Source: Nitrososphaerota archaeon (GTDB lineage: Archaea > Thermoproteota > Nitrososphaeria > Nitrososphaerales > Gagatemarchaeaceae). From it: DNA of 64,000 bases. How positions within the stretch are numbered: position 1 is the first letter of the stretch; every line of letters begins with the position of its first letter. The stretch lies in contig DAHVLU010000024.1 of assembly GCA_027320175.1 (NCBI GenBank), forward strand, positions 16,349 to 80,348. The letters are read 5' to 3'. The translations under genes were made by a program, and so were the position numbers. This document shows positions 36,562-46,300 of this stretch, one piece after another. A model generated the notes under the pieces. That model did not search any database. It was not told where the DNA came from and was given only the letters and a program-made list of their open reading frames with translations.

Positions 36562-39500
36562 GGCGGGCTTCAGGAACTCGGTCAGCTCCAGCTGATCCGC
36601 CTTCCGTGGGCCCTGGAACAGCTGGTCGAGCTCCCGCTGCAACATGTCCAGCCTGCTCTTCAGATATGGATCCACGTCGTAGTCACGGGCAAGCTTCTGG
36701 GCGATAGAGAGGTACTTTTCCACCGAAGCCCGCGTCAGGGTCCCCCTGATCTCCCCGCCGCAGTTGGGGCACTTCGACGAGAGAGGAAGGCGCCTAATCG
36801 TCAGGCCGCAGCTCTTGCACTTGAACGACTGGGTCGCGTATTTCTTCGCGTTCCCCATGATGTCCCTGATCAGGTGGGTCTTGATTATCGATTCGACCAC
36901 GTCCTTGGTGGACACTGCCTCGATCAATGAAGCGACCTCGATCTGCTTCGATATCTTCTCGTTGAGGGTGCGCAGCGTTGAGTAGGAGGCCCGTGGGCGC
37001 TTGACTGTGATGGAGCTCGTCGGGTGTGTGAAGCCGTAGTCGTAGAACTGTCTGTCGCTCTCGAGGCGAGAGCCTATCCTCTCTATCATTGGCGCCAGCG
37101 CTGCGGCCGGCGGCGTGCCCTGGGTCTTCTCGTAGAACTCCAGGGGGTAGCTGGATGTTATGTCGAAGTTGTGAGCCTGTTCGTCTACTTCCGACGGAAG
37201 TATGACCGGTTGTATCAGAAGGGGGGTGTCCATGTACCCTCCAATCTGGGCAGGGACGTACTGCAGAGAGAAGTTGATCAGCACGTCCATCAACAAGAGC
37301 AGCGAGTCGCCGTCCCCATCGCAGTCGCGCCTCTTCGCGGAGTGCCAGTATGGGTTGGCGAGGCACACTTCTGTGGCCGAGAACCCGACTATCCGCCCTG
37401 CCACCCCGACGGAAGTGTGCGGGGCCAACCCGATGACAATCTTGCCCAGAAGGTCGTTTGGTCCCCTCACGGAGTAGAACGGCTCCAGGCCGTAGAGGTT
37501 CTGGAGCTCGTCGTCCACGCACTGGGCCATCTTCACCAGGTCGGAGCCGATGTCGGCGGGGACGACGATGTCCTGGGGCATAAGCTCGAGGACCTGGTCC
37601 TCCGTTTGTATTGGAGCCCCGTTGATGTCGTGCGAGTACCCCAGGCGGGCCAGGGTGGGGATGTCCCCCTTCACGTCGCTCACCCTGAAGTGGGTGAGAG
37701 GCTCGTTGGTCGCGTCTATCCTGAGGGTGCCGTCCTTGTAGACGTAGGCGTCATGCCTGCTCCTTATGATCCCCTTTTCGAGGGCCTCTGGGAACTTCGT
37801 CACACTCGTCAGCCCCCTGACCCCCTTGACGTGCCGGGCGGAGTTGTAGGGTATCTTCGACCTGATGGCTTCGAGCCTCGACCGGAAGTCGAAGTTCATC
37901 TTGGAATAGGGGAGCGTCTTCGCCCGGCAGTTGGGGCAGACGTTGTCCTGGGCCATCGTGCCGCACCTGGGACAGGCCATGAAGGGCTCGGTGGGCTCTC
38001 CGCAGACCTCGCACTTCGCCGCAAGCCGCCTTTCGCTGCACTTCCTGCAATACAAGTTGACGACCTCGATCTCCGCTCTCTGGGCCCTGGCCGCGGTGAA
38101 GACGTCTCGCATCGGTCCCCCTCCATACCCTACCGGGAACAGGCCGTGGACCGGAGGCTTCATCCTCCTGACCATTGCCTTCTCAGGCCTGCCCACCCTG
38201 ATGCCGATGGTGGTGGTGCTCTGGCGGCCGAGCTGGATCCCCGAGAGGCGCTTGATGTAGTCCGGCTCCTCGACGGCCAAGGCGAACTCCGGGTCGTCGA
38301 GCCTCAGCAGCGTGCGCAGAACCGTGGCGGCCCCGCCGACGACTGCGGCCCGGTCTCCTTCGACCCTGTGCTCTATCAGGCAGGTGTTGAGTATCCAGCG
38401 GACCCTGGGGTCGGCCGCGTCTATGACTACCTCCGAGCCGTCCACCCTCGCGTTCCTCCTCAGCTCGGCCAGGTCCGTCGCCCCGACCCGGTCAAATCTG
38501 GGCGTATGCGATGGATGCAGCGGGATGCCGAGAGACTTTGAGATGGCAATCGCCTCGGCCGCCGATGGGGGGACGAACGGCGACCCGGCCAGCTCCGACG
38601 CTCGGCCCTCTGAGACCCCAGCGGCTTCGAGCATCTGCCTGGCTCCGGGCACTCCGGCGAGCGCCCTCCCCAGGTCCTGCGCCCACCACTCAGGGACGTA
38701 GGGTGACGGAGGGAGGGCCTTGTTGTTCTCGAGGAAGTCACCGTAGCTGACAAGGACGTCTCCCAGGTCGATGATCTTCGCCAGGGAGTCGTGGAGCTCC
38801 TCGGCCTGCGACACGGTCGACACCCTGATTACACTTCCATCCTTGGTCAGGATGGTCGGGCCCTCCAAGGAATCGACGAAGGCTATGGTGGCCGCCTTCC
38901 CGGGCATGTCAACCTTCACCTGGGTCCCAGTGACCACGGGGTAGTCGAGCAGCGACGCCACTGCGGGGTGTATGCCCACTGTCGAAAGCCCCGTGTTGAC
39001 CGACCTGCCGTAGCGGAGCCTGAAGCCGCCCTTGCTCCTGGGCATCGAGAGGACCGCCCTCCCCGAGATGACCTCCTCGAAGTGGGCACCGGCCTTCTCA
39101 GTCTCGTTCGTCGTCTGCTGGGTGCCGCCCTTCAGCATCGACAGGAACTCCCATCCGGTGATGTTGAGGCTCGCGAGCTTCTTCGAAAGCTTGTTCGCCC
39201 TGCCGATGACTCCGTCGTTCAGGACCCTGAGCGCCCCGCCTCTGAGCCTGTCCGTCCTGACCCGCTTGAGGTTCCTATGGACCACCACTTCTATGGGGTC
39301 GGTCTCGATCCCGTCTATCTCGACTGGGATGTTGGAGATGGCCCTCCTGATGTCGTCGTCAGTCACCTTGTACTGGAAGTTCCCCACGTCGCGTTCGTAG
39401 ATCCTGAGCTCCTCGGCGAACCTGTCGATCTCCTCCTGGCGAGCCCTGTAGTTGCTCAGGCCGAGTTTCTTGGCCGTCAGGTCTGCTATGACGAGCGAGA

Positions 39501-40014
39501 AGCCTGCTTCGGTGCCACCCGCCGAACGCATGGGGCCAGCGTAGGACACCGACGCGTACTCCGTGTTGTCGTCGTTCTGCTTTATCGTGACCGCAGATAT
39601 CCCCTCCAGGGGCGCGACTGTGACCCCGTCGGTCATCACGGCGAGCCCAGCCCTGACCCCGTAGCTCAGGGCCTCGTGCCTTTCGATGGTCCCGAACTTC
39701 CCCAGGGCGATCTCCTGAGAGATGGTGAGGGCGGCGCGCTCCTTCGTGGTCGTGTGGAGCAGCTCGCGAAGCCTGTCCACCAGCCCCTCGAACTGGTCCA
39801 GGCGCAGCATCTGGTTCACTCTGTCCGCCAGGTCGAAGACCGTCTTGCTCTCCACCGCGTCGGTGGGGTCGTGCCCCTTGGAGCGGGCGACGGCGGCCAG
39901 GTTCTGCGCGGCCTCGTATTGGGAGAGTATGTCCCTGTAGTAAGGGTGGAGGTGCTCCGGGAACGGCGCGAGGGTCTTGACGCGCTCCCAAGCGCGGTCG
40001 GCAGAGAAGGACAT
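36550..40014 (-). CDS. polC: DNA polymerase D large subunit DP2
   Basis: YAGPMRSAGGT, GGFRLRYGR, YKDGTLRID, KRRDCDGDGD catalytic motif, C-terminal Zn finger and PIP-like QLELTEF; no intein. Confidence 0.97.
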   Translation of the reverse strand: MSFSADRAWERVKTLAPFPEHLHPYYRDILSQYEAAQNLAAVARSKGHDPTDAVESKTVFDLADRVNQMLRLDQFEGLVDRLRELLHTTTKERAALTISQEIALGKFGTIERHEALSYGVRAGLAVMTDGVTVAPLEGISAVTIKQNDDNTEYASVSYAGPMRSAGGTEAGFSLVIADLTAKKLGLSNYRARQEEIDRFAEELRIYERDVGNFQYKVTDDDIRRAISNIPVEIDGIETDPIEVVVHRNLKRVRTDRLRGGALRVLNDGVIGRANKLSKKLASLNITGWEFLSMLKGGTQQTTNETEKAGAHFEEVISGRAVLSMPRSKGGFRLRYGRSVNTGLSTVGIHPAVASLLDYPVVTGTQVKVDMPGKAATIAFVDSLEGPTILTKDGSVIRVSTVSQAEELHDSLAKIIDLGDVLVSYGDFLENNKALPPSPYVPEWWAQDLGRALAGVPGARQMLEAAGVSEGRASELAGSPFVPPSAAEAIAISKSLGIPLHPSHTPRFDRVGATDLAELRRNARVDGSEVVIDAADPRVRWILNTCLIEHRVEGDRAAVVGGAATVLRTLLRLDDPEFALAVEEPDYIKRLSGIQLGRQSTTTIGIRVGRPEKAMVRRMKPPVHGLFPVGYGGGPMRDVFTAARAQRAEIEVVNLYCRKCSERRLAAKCEVCGEPTEPFMACPRCGTMAQDNVCPNCRAKTLPYSKMNFDFRSRLEAIRSKIPYNSARHVKGVRGLTSVTKFPEALEKGIIRSRHDAYVYKDGTLRIDATNEPLTHFRVSDVKGDIPTLARLGYSHDINGAPIQTEDQVLELMPQDIVVPADIGSDLVKMAQCVDDELQNLYGLEPFYSVRGPNDLLGKIVIGLAPHTSVGVAGRIVGFSATEVCLANPYWHSAKRRDCDGDGDSLLLLMDVLINFSLQYVPAQIGGYMDTPLLIQPVILPSEVDEQAHNFDITSSYPLEFYEKTQGTPPAAALAPMIERIGSRLESDRQFYDYGFTHPTSSITVKRPRASYSTLRTLNEKISKQIEVASLIEAVSTKDVVESIIKTHLIRDIMGNAKKYATQSFKCKSCGLTIRRLPLSSKCPNCGGEIRGTLTRASVEKYLSIAQKLARDYDVDPYLKSRLDMLQRELDQLFQGPRKADQLELTEFLKPALAK

Positions 40015-40074
40015 TCGAGTGCACGGAGCCCCGGTGGGTCTTAAGCCCTATGCAGGTCGGTTCTCCCCGCGGGG

Positions 40075-41058
40075 TCACTCATGCCCCAGGACGGCGTGTG
40101 GCATGTACGGCTCTTCTAGGGCTTTCACGTCGGTCGACTTCAAGTGGAGGTCGACCGCGTCGGCGAGCTCTTCGAGCTGCGCGACCTTGGTGGGGCCGAT
40201 GATTGGAGACGCGACGCCGTCCTTCGTCAGCAGCCACGCGAGGGCGACCTGCGCGGGGCGAACCCCCTTCGCCTTGGCCACCTCTACGAGGCGCTCGACC
40301 ACGTCGAAGTCCTCTGGTCGGAAGTACCTGGAGGCCAGATAGCGGTCGCTGTGGTATCTGGCGCCTTCCGGCTTCGCCCGCCGCCTGTACCGCCCCGTCA
40401 GGAACCCCCTGCCGAGGGGGCTCCACGGGATCAGGGGTATCCCCTCCGACCTGCAGAGCGGGATCATCTCCCGCTCCTCTTCCCTGTAGGCCAGGTTGTA
40501 GTGGTTCTGCATCGTCTTGAAGCGCTCCAGGCCGTCTCTGTCGCTTGTGTGGAGGGCCCTAGCGAACTGCCACGCCCACATGCTCGAGCCCCCTATGTGG
40601 TCGGCCGCCCTGAGCTTCCGGACCACGTCTGTGAGCGTCCTCAGGAACTGCTCGACAGGAGTATCGTAGTCCCAGCGATGGATCTGGTAAAGGTCCACCC
40701 TGTCCGTCCTGAGGTTGGCCAGGGAGCGCTTCAGGTTGCGCATCACGTGCCTCCTCCCCAGCCCCCTGTCGTCCGGCCCGTCTCCCGTAGGGAGCCCGAC
40801 CTTCGTGGCCAGGACCACCTGGTCTCGCCTGCCTTCGAGCGCCTTCCCCACGATCTGCTCGGACCTCCCGTTCGAGTAGACGTCTGCCGTGTCGAAGAAA
40901 TTGATGCCGAGGTCGATCGCCTTGTCTATCACCCGCTTCGAGTCGTCGTAGCCCAGCGTCCACTCGAAACCCCGGGCGTCGGACCCACCGAAGCTCATGC
41001 ACCCGATACAGACCCTGGAGACCTTCAGGCCTGTGTCGCCCAGGGTGGCGTATCTCAT
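40075..41058 (-). CDS. Aldo/keto reductase
   Basis: GINFFDTADVYSNG, LATK, DLYQIHRWD, PWSPLGRG. Confidence 0.95.
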   Translation of the reverse strand: MRYATLGDTGLKVSRVCIGCMSFGGSDARGFEWTLGYDDSKRVIDKAIDLGINFFDTADVYSNGRSEQIVGKALEGRRDQVVLATKVGLPTGDGPDDRGLGRRHVMRNLKRSLANLRTDRVDLYQIHRWDYDTPVEQFLRTLTDVVRKLRAADHIGGSSMWAWQFARALHTSDRDGLERFKTMQNHYNLAYREEEREMIPLCRSEGIPLIPWSPLGRGFLTGRYRRRAKPEGARYHSDRYLASRYFRPEDFDVVERLVEVAKAKGVRPAQVALAWLLTKDGVASPIIGPTKVAQLEELADAVDLHLKSTDVKALEEPYMPHAVLGHE

Positions 41059-41130
41059 CGGAACCCGTGACCGGGCCCCTCGTTAAAGGGTTGGCTCGGG
41101 TTCTTAACCCAAGCCGTGGTTCCCCGTCCC

Positions 41131-41517
41131 ATGGGCGCTCTTACGCCGAAGCAGCTCGCGTTCCTCAAGGCGCACGAAGTGTGCAGGCTCGCCACCGCCT
41201 CGAAAGATGCCAAGCCCCATGTGGTCCCCGTGATCTACGCCCTTGACGGGGAGGACGTGATCGTCGCCGTCGACTACGGGACCAAGAAACTGAAGAATCT
41301 CAGAGAGAACAAGGAGGTCGCCTTGGTGATCGACGAGTATCACCCCAACAGGGCGGTCATGGTCGAAGGCACCTGTGAAATCCTGGAACGGGGGAAAGAG
41401 TACCTCCGCCTCCTGCGGATCCTCTTCGACCGGTTCGAGACCTATCGGAAGAACCCGTGGGGAGAGGGCGAGTCTCCCATCCTGAAGATCAGGCCCACGA
41501 AGGCTGTCAGCTGGTGA
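41131..41517 (+). CDS. Pyridoxamine 5'-phosphate oxidase-like (PPOX class, possibly F420-dependent) protein
   Basis: RLATASKDAKPHVVPV, KLKNLRENKEVALVID. Confidence 0.85.
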   Translation: MGALTPKQLAFLKAHEVCRLATASKDAKPHVVPVIYALDGEDVIVAVDYGTKKLKNLRENKEVALVIDEYHPNRAVMVEGTCEILERGKEYLRLLRILFDRFETYRKNPWGEGESPILKIRPTKAVSW

Positions 41518-43768
41518 GCGGCCCGCTCCTCCGGGCCTCGTAGGCCCGCAACAGCCCCCGAGCGTTGTATCGAGGGTCGAACGGCGCGAGCACCGACGAA
41601 CATGTCTCGGCGAGCAGTGCGATGTAGCGCCCCGAGTCGTACTTCGCCTGGTCTTCCACCATGTCCAGGGGGGTTGCCCTCTTGGAGTCTCTCCCGCCGT
41701 AGTCGGTTATGACGTAGCGTATCCCTTCCCCCGCGTGAAGTGACGCTCCTTCGCGGGTCAGCTGGTCGATGGCCGCGTGCTGGATGGTCATCGCGGTGTA
41801 TTCGTCCGGCGCCTTCGACAGGTTGGTGGTGTAGGCCAGCTGCGATGCGGGGACCTCGTGCCGGCTGAGTGAGTCGGCCCAGCCGAGGAAAATCTCGACG
41901 CACTCCGGGACCCTTGCCCTGACCCCGTCCACCGAGTCCGCCCGCGCCATGACCTTCAGCACGTCCATCTGGCATCGCGCGAAAGCCGGCGGCGTGTCGT
42001 GGCGACGCGCCTCTACCCCTCTCACCTTCAGGCTCCCATCCTGATATGCCCCGAAGTACCTGTTGAGCACCGGGATGTTAGGCTCGGCCTTGGACGAAGG
42101 GAACGCCACCCATTTGTAGACCCCCTCGAACGACATGGCGAACCCGGTCTTCGATTCGATTTCCGCCTTGAGCTCCAGGTACTCGCTCCTGCCCGCCCCC
42201 GCTTTTCTGAGCCACAGGGAGTCCACTATGCCGTGGATCACCTCGAACCCCTGCCCCTCGGCGATCCGGGCTGCGTCGATCAGCGTCTTCCTGTCCCAGG
42301 CGCAGACCGCTATGTGGGCGTCGATGCGCCCGAACTTCGCGTTGTTGAAGCCCAGGTAGCCGAACGTGGTGACTCCGAGCCATTTGAGCGCGGCCTGGCG
42401 GGCGTTGTACTTCTGGCGGTCTGCCTCGTTCGCCGCGCCGGCCCTGAGCGCCTTGTAGCGGAGCCTCTTCTCCACTATGATCTCGATGGCGAGGGGGACG
42501 ATTCCCTTCCTCCTCCTGCACACGTTCCAGTCGAGCTCGGGCACCCGGTTGTCGGAGTCGGGGCAGCAGGAGCACTTGACCGTCTCGGCGGAGATGTTCT
42601 TCCTGTACATTATGTTCGGGTACAGCGCGGAGAAGTCCAGCTCGCCGACGTCCTCGTACACGCCTGCGTGTGGCTCGAAGATGAAGCCCCCCCTGTCGGC
42701 CATCAGCAGCTCGTTCCTGTCTTTGAAGCGCTCCGCGAGGGTCGGCTTCCAGGGGACGAGGAGCCCCGTCTTGTAGGCGTGGTAGAACTGGAGGCTGGAG
42801 AGGGCCTTCCCTATGCTCGCCCTGCTGGACGCGTGCAGCGGCATCCGGCATATCCTGCTCAGCTCGAAGAGCCCTTCGAACCCCGCTTCCGAGTAGGCGA
42901 AGGATGTGTTGATGTCGATGTGCACCCTCCCCCTGAGCTTCATGGCCGAGGGCTTGTAGTGGACACGCCCGTAGCTGAAGTAGGAGGTGCCGCCCTTCGA
43001 CGGGAGCTTCATGACCGTGCGGTCTCGGTCAAGGACGAGCCGCGACGCCAGTCCGTTGACCTGGGCCCGCCTGATCAAGTAGGGGAAGAGGAAGGTGTCG
43101 CCGTCGTTGGTGAGGACGAAGTCGGGGTCCACGTCTTCTACGGCCCGGACCAGCCCCATCAGCTTGTCGGCCTCGTCGGTGCCGTCGATGGCTACATTCC
43201 CGTCGTCGCTCTCCAGGGTGACCGCCCCGAGCCTGTCGGTGAGCCGCGGCAGCCGCCCTTCCTTCGCCACCTCCACCTCGAGCTTGAGCTTCCTCAGCCC
43301 CGGCACGCCATATTCGTATGCCCAGACGTCGTCCTCGAGGCCCCACCGGAGCCTCCCGTCCTTCTGCTCCACCTCGCAGAGGGCGAGGGGGAAGATGCCC
43401 TTCTCGTAGAGGTAGCTCTGGGCTGGAGGGACGTCGGCGTTGTAGAGCCTGAACGTCCCGAAGGGACCGAGCCTTTCCACCCGCCCGGCGACCTGCTGCG
43501 CCTTCGTCGCGTCCTTGAGCTTCATCTCCAGCACCTCGGACGCCTCCGAGTCTGTCACCATCTCGCGCCTTTGGACAGTCCGGGCCCACTCGAAGTCCTC
43601 GCGGACCGTGTGCAGGGGGACCGCGAAGTCAGCCTTGTTGTCGGTGCCCACGAACAGCGAGGGGGACCATCGGTCGACCAGCCTGACAGCGTCGCCGTTC
43701 TCTAGCTTCAGCCAGACGACCATCTCCCCGGGGTCGCCCGGGTACAGGTCAAGTATCCAGCCGCGCAC
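41507..43768 (-). CDS. Family B DNA polymerase, PolB2 group
   Basis: DFSALYPNIM, KWLGVTTFGYLG, HGIVDSLW in place of YGDTDS (PolB2 signature), degenerate exonuclease, KVRGVEARRHD. Confidence 0.9.
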   Translation of the reverse strand: MRGWILDLYPGDPGEMVVWLKLENGDAVRLVDRWSPSLFVGTDNKADFAVPLHTVREDFEWARTVQRREMVTDSEASEVLEMKLKDATKAQQVAGRVERLGPFGTFRLYNADVPPAQSYLYEKGIFPLALCEVEQKDGRLRWGLEDDVWAYEYGVPGLRKLKLEVEVAKEGRLPRLTDRLGAVTLESDDGNVAIDGTDEADKLMGLVRAVEDVDPDFVLTNDGDTFLFPYLIRRAQVNGLASRLVLDRDRTVMKLPSKGGTSYFSYGRVHYKPSAMKLRGRVHIDINTSFAYSEAGFEGLFELSRICRMPLHASSRASIGKALSSLQFYHAYKTGLLVPWKPTLAERFKDRNELLMADRGGFIFEPHAGVYEDVGELDFSALYPNIMYRKNISAETVKCSCCPDSDNRVPELDWNVCRRRKGIVPLAIEIIVEKRLRYKALRAGAANEADRQKYNARQAALKWLGVTTFGYLGFNNAKFGRIDAHIAVCAWDRKTLIDAARIAEGQGFEVIHGIVDSLWLRKAGAGRSEYLELKAEIESKTGFAMSFEGVYKWVAFPSSKAEPNIPVLNRYFGAYQDGSLKVRGVEARRHDTPPAFARCQMDVLKVMARADSVDGVRARVPECVEIFLGWADSLSRHEVPASQLAYTTNLSKAPDEYTAMTIQHAAIDQLTREGASLHAGEGIRYVITDYGGRDSKRATPLDMVEDQAKYDSGRYIALLAETCSSVLAPFDPRYNARGLLRAYEARRSGPLTS

Positions 43769-44015
43769 CGCTCTCCGCCTTCAGTTTCTCCACCTCTGAC
43801 GCCAGCCAGACGATGGTCTTGTGCTGCACGAGGAGGAGGCTCATGAAGACGGCCTCGGCAGGGAAGGGCGACTCCCTGGCCTGAATCGATGGGAAGTATT
43901 CGTAGCACTGCCTGATCATGTCCTTGAAGAGCGCCCTGTCGTCCGCCCTGAGGGCGTCTGCGAAGCGCTGCCAGCTGTCGAGCTCCTCGATGATCTCGCC
44001 GTCGGTGAGCGTCAT
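43749..44015 (-). CDS. Small helical PolB2-associated protein (arCOG07300-like paralogue)
   Basis: EELDSWQRFADALRADDRALF..M...AVFMSLLLVQHK; overlaps the polB2 start. Confidence 0.75.
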   Translation of the reverse strand: MTLTDGEIIEELDSWQRFADALRADDRALFKDMIRQCYEYFPSIQARESPFPAEAVFMSLLLVQHKTIVWLASEVEKLKAESGARLDT

Positions 44016-44281
44016 CCTTTGGCCTCCCTGCGTCCCATGGCGGAAGCCGCGCCCGCGCACCGCGCGAGGGTCCTGTAGTGGTGGAAGATTATCGCCATGG
44101 TCATGCCCTCGAACTTCGACGCCCTCAGCGCGGCGGAAGAGGCCGAGGTGTAGAGCCTGGCCGAGCTCAACATCTCGTCGAAGTCGGCCTTGGCTTCCTT
44201 CGGCAGGGCCTTCCTGAACGACCTCCACTCGGCTGTCTCCTGTGCTTCGGCTATCCTGAACGACGGGACCGTGCGGCCCAT
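44012..44281 (-). CDS. PolB2-associated small protein (arCOG07300-like)
   Basis: MGRTVPSFR...EWRSFRKAL..E.K..FDEM signature. Confidence 0.82.
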   Translation of the reverse strand: MGRTVPSFRIAEAQETAEWRSFRKALPKEAKADFDEMLSSARLYTSASSAALRASKFEGMTMAIIFHHYRTLARCAGAASAMGRREAKG

Positions 44282-45213
44282 CAGCGCGGAGCCTCCGTCC
44301 TCGCCGCTCTCAGCAGCTGGCTCAGCCTGAAGGTGGCGGCGCCCGGGGCCCTGTTCCTGTGCTTGACCAGCTCGGCCCTGACGGCGTCCCCGTCTGGGGA
44401 AAGATGGACCGTGGCGTCGGACCACGAAGTTACGATGTCGTCGTACCTGTTGGGCGAGGCCAGGGTGGCGAGAACCAAGGCGCGCCGCTTCGCCTTGGCT
44501 ACTCCTTCCTCCACGGCGCCGAGGACCCGCCGCGCTTCCCTCTCGTCCAGCTCTGGCTCGTTGAACGTCCCCAGCGCGTCGGAGATGACCACGAGCCTCG
44601 TCCCGTAGTCGTCGATGGCCCGGGTCAGGTGTTCGGAGACGAGGGCTGCGAGCTGATAGAAGGTGAAGACACGACACGAGGCTACGCGCCTCATGGCTGC
44701 CGCGGGCCTGAGACCCTTCTGTCTGGCGAACGACGAGAAGAGGTATGGGTCGGATCGGTTGCCGCCGTCTATGAAGAGGACCGTGGAGTCGAGCCCTCCG
44801 GCCTCGACCGGAAGCTGGGCCCTGAGCGCTGCCAGCTCCGCCACCGCGGACGACGGACCTCCGCTGAGGACGACCAGACGTCCTTCTGACAGGGGCCTCA
44901 GGAGCGAATCGAGTTTGGAGAAGCCGAGGGAGAAGTGCGGGATCGAAGAAGCCGGCCGGAAGAGCGGCTCGGCCATCTTGGCGGAAAGGTCGGGGTTCAC
45001 GAAGACGTCTGACCACTCCTCAGGCACCGGAGCGAGCCTGCACTCGACCCCTCCTGCGAGGGGCCGGCCGCAGCCCTTGCAGAGGCCTTCGAACGAGCCC
45101 AGAGGCCCGAGGGCGCGCCTGACTTGGGCTACGCAGTCGCAGCCAGAGCAATAGTACACGAACCGTTCCTTGCCCCCCGTCACCTGCTCGTAGAGATAAT
45201 GGGGCTTGGACAT
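44281..45213 (-). CDS. Inactive RadA-like protein with N-terminal Zn finger (PolB2 operon)
   Basis: CSGC/CKGC, GFSKLDSLL, AQLPVEAGGL, FIDGGNRSDPY, RVFTFYQL; Walker A lost. Confidence 0.82.
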   Translation of the reverse strand: MSKPHYLYEQVTGGKERFVYYCSGCDCVAQVRRALGPLGSFEGLCKGCGRPLAGGVECRLAPVPEEWSDVFVNPDLSAKMAEPLFRPASSIPHFSLGFSKLDSLLRPLSEGRLVVLSGGPSSAVAELAALRAQLPVEAGGLDSTVLFIDGGNRSDPYLFSSFARQKGLRPAAAMRRVASCRVFTFYQLAALVSEHLTRAIDDYGTRLVVISDALGTFNEPELDEREARRVLGAVEEGVAKAKRRALVLATLASPNRYDDIVTSWSDATVHLSPDGDAVRAELVKHRNRAPGAATFRLSQLLRAARTEAPR

Positions 45214-45345
45214 CTAGGGGGGCCGGAGTTTCCGCGGAGATATAATCCGGGAACCGAAAGCGAAGGCCCGGTCAGAGAGAGGCTGGTGAAAGTGATGAGA
45301 GCCAGTTCAATGTTATAAAGCGAACGTTGGGCTCGGCGGGACAAC

Positions 45346-45433
45346 GCGGGGGTCGCCCAGCCTGGTCAACGGCGTGAGGCTCAGGACCTCATCCCTTAGG
45401 GGTTCGAGGGTTCAAATCCCTCCCCCCGCACCA
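45346..45433 (+). tRNA. tRNA-Leu(CAG), CCA encoded
   Basis: Cloverleaf GCGGGGG/CCCCCGC, anticodon arm TGAGG-CTCAGGA-CCTCA, long variable arm, GGTTCAAATCC; TTATAAA upstream. Confidence 0.96.
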
Positions 45434-45492
45434 ATGATATGCAACCGGTTAGATGACCGACTGCTGCCTGCAGCCGCCGTGCCTTCGGCCGA

Positions 45493-45933
45493 TCAGGCCG
45501 GTCTGGGCGGCGTGGGTCGGGGCGCCGGCGCGGGCGGCGTCGAAGGAGCGGGCGTCGCGACCGGTGCTGCTGGCGCGGGTGGCGGCGCGGGCTTGAGGAT
45601 GGGTTTCCCCGTGATCGTTGACAGCGCGTCCCTTCCCCGGTCAGTCAGCTGATACCTCGCGGGGTTCCCGAAGTAGTCCACCATGAACTCCACGAAGCTC
45701 AGTGCTGTGAGCTGTCTGACAACCCAGAGCGTCGTCCACTCGGCGCTGTCTTTGATGGCGTCGTCCAGCTCGGCGTTGCTCATCCCCTCCTTGCTCTTCG
45801 CCAGGGCCGACATGGCGTCCATGAGGTGAGGCGACACGGCCACCTTCCTCAGGACAGACCTCTGACCTCTGGCGTCGACGGGCCAAACCCAGATGCCCTT
45901 GGGCATGCGGGGGGCCGACTGGCGTCGACTCAT
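45493..45933 (-). CDS. Winged-helix-like hypothetical protein with Pro/Ala-rich tail
   Basis: MSNAELDD...VVRQLTALSFVE...YQLTDRGR; tail PAPPPAPAAP... Confidence 0.65.
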   Translation of the reverse strand: MSRRQSAPRMPKGIWVWPVDARGQRSVLRKVAVSPHLMDAMSALAKSKEGMSNAELDDAIKDSAEWTTLWVVRQLTALSFVEFMVDYFGNPARYQLTDRGRDALSTITGKPILKPAPPPAPAAPVATPAPSTPPAPAPRPTPPRPA

Positions 45934-46032
45934 AAATCCTGCGCGGGGTGATTTAATCGCTTTAACGTGGTTATCAATTGTTTTTAGTTTTCTTGGAGAA
46001 GTAAACGCCCTGCCGCTGAAACGTCGGAAACC

Positions 46033-46299
46033 ATGGAAGTGGTAACCGAATACGCTGACCAAAGGACAGAGCTCGAGGAGAAGATCAGGTCGCTCGAGGC
46101 CGAAAAAGCCTCGCTCCTTGCTGACGTCGCCTCCCTAAAGGAGAAGATAGCCACCTTCGAGCTGGAGAAGTCTGCCAACGCCCTCGAAAGCGAAGTGCAG
46201 GCCCTCCGGACGGAGAAGGCTGTCCTGGAAGAGAAGGCCGCTTCGTATGAAGCCGAAGCCGGCTACGCCCTTCCGCCCGTCGTAAGCGAAGGAGTATAG
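46033..46299 (+). CDS. Small coiled-coil protein
   Basis: Heptad-rich LEEKIRSLEAEKASL...LESEVQALRTEKAVLEEK. Confidence 0.7.
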   Translation: MEVVTEYADQRTELEEKIRSLEAEKASLLADVASLKEKIATFELEKSANALESEVQALRTEKAVLEEKAASYEAEAGYALPPVVSEGV

Positions 46300-46300
46300 G

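Noticed and set aside
36550..40014. Intein in PolD DP2 (also checked cdc6 and topA)
   Set aside because: Lengths are normal and no intein splice motifs or LAGLIDADG insert were seen.
28749..43705. Long antisense ORFs (28749-30428, 37024-38541, 38791-40044, 41999-43705)
   Set aside because: These are shadow frames opposite well-supported genes, expected at high GC3, with no recognisable motifs.
41507..43768. PolB as the polymerase of a large casposon containing the Cas1 gene
   Set aside because: It lies 25 kb away across core genes and has the cellular PolB2 signature and operon.
44012..45016. 334-aa ORF as one gene
   Set aside because: Only its last 89 aa (MGRTVPSFR..., from 44281) are recognisable; the rest overlaps the RadA-like gene in another frame.
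45227..45260. AGTTTC/ORB-like damage-response box upstream of the PolB2 operon
   Set aside because: A single short match whose position and orientation are not persuasive without comparative data.
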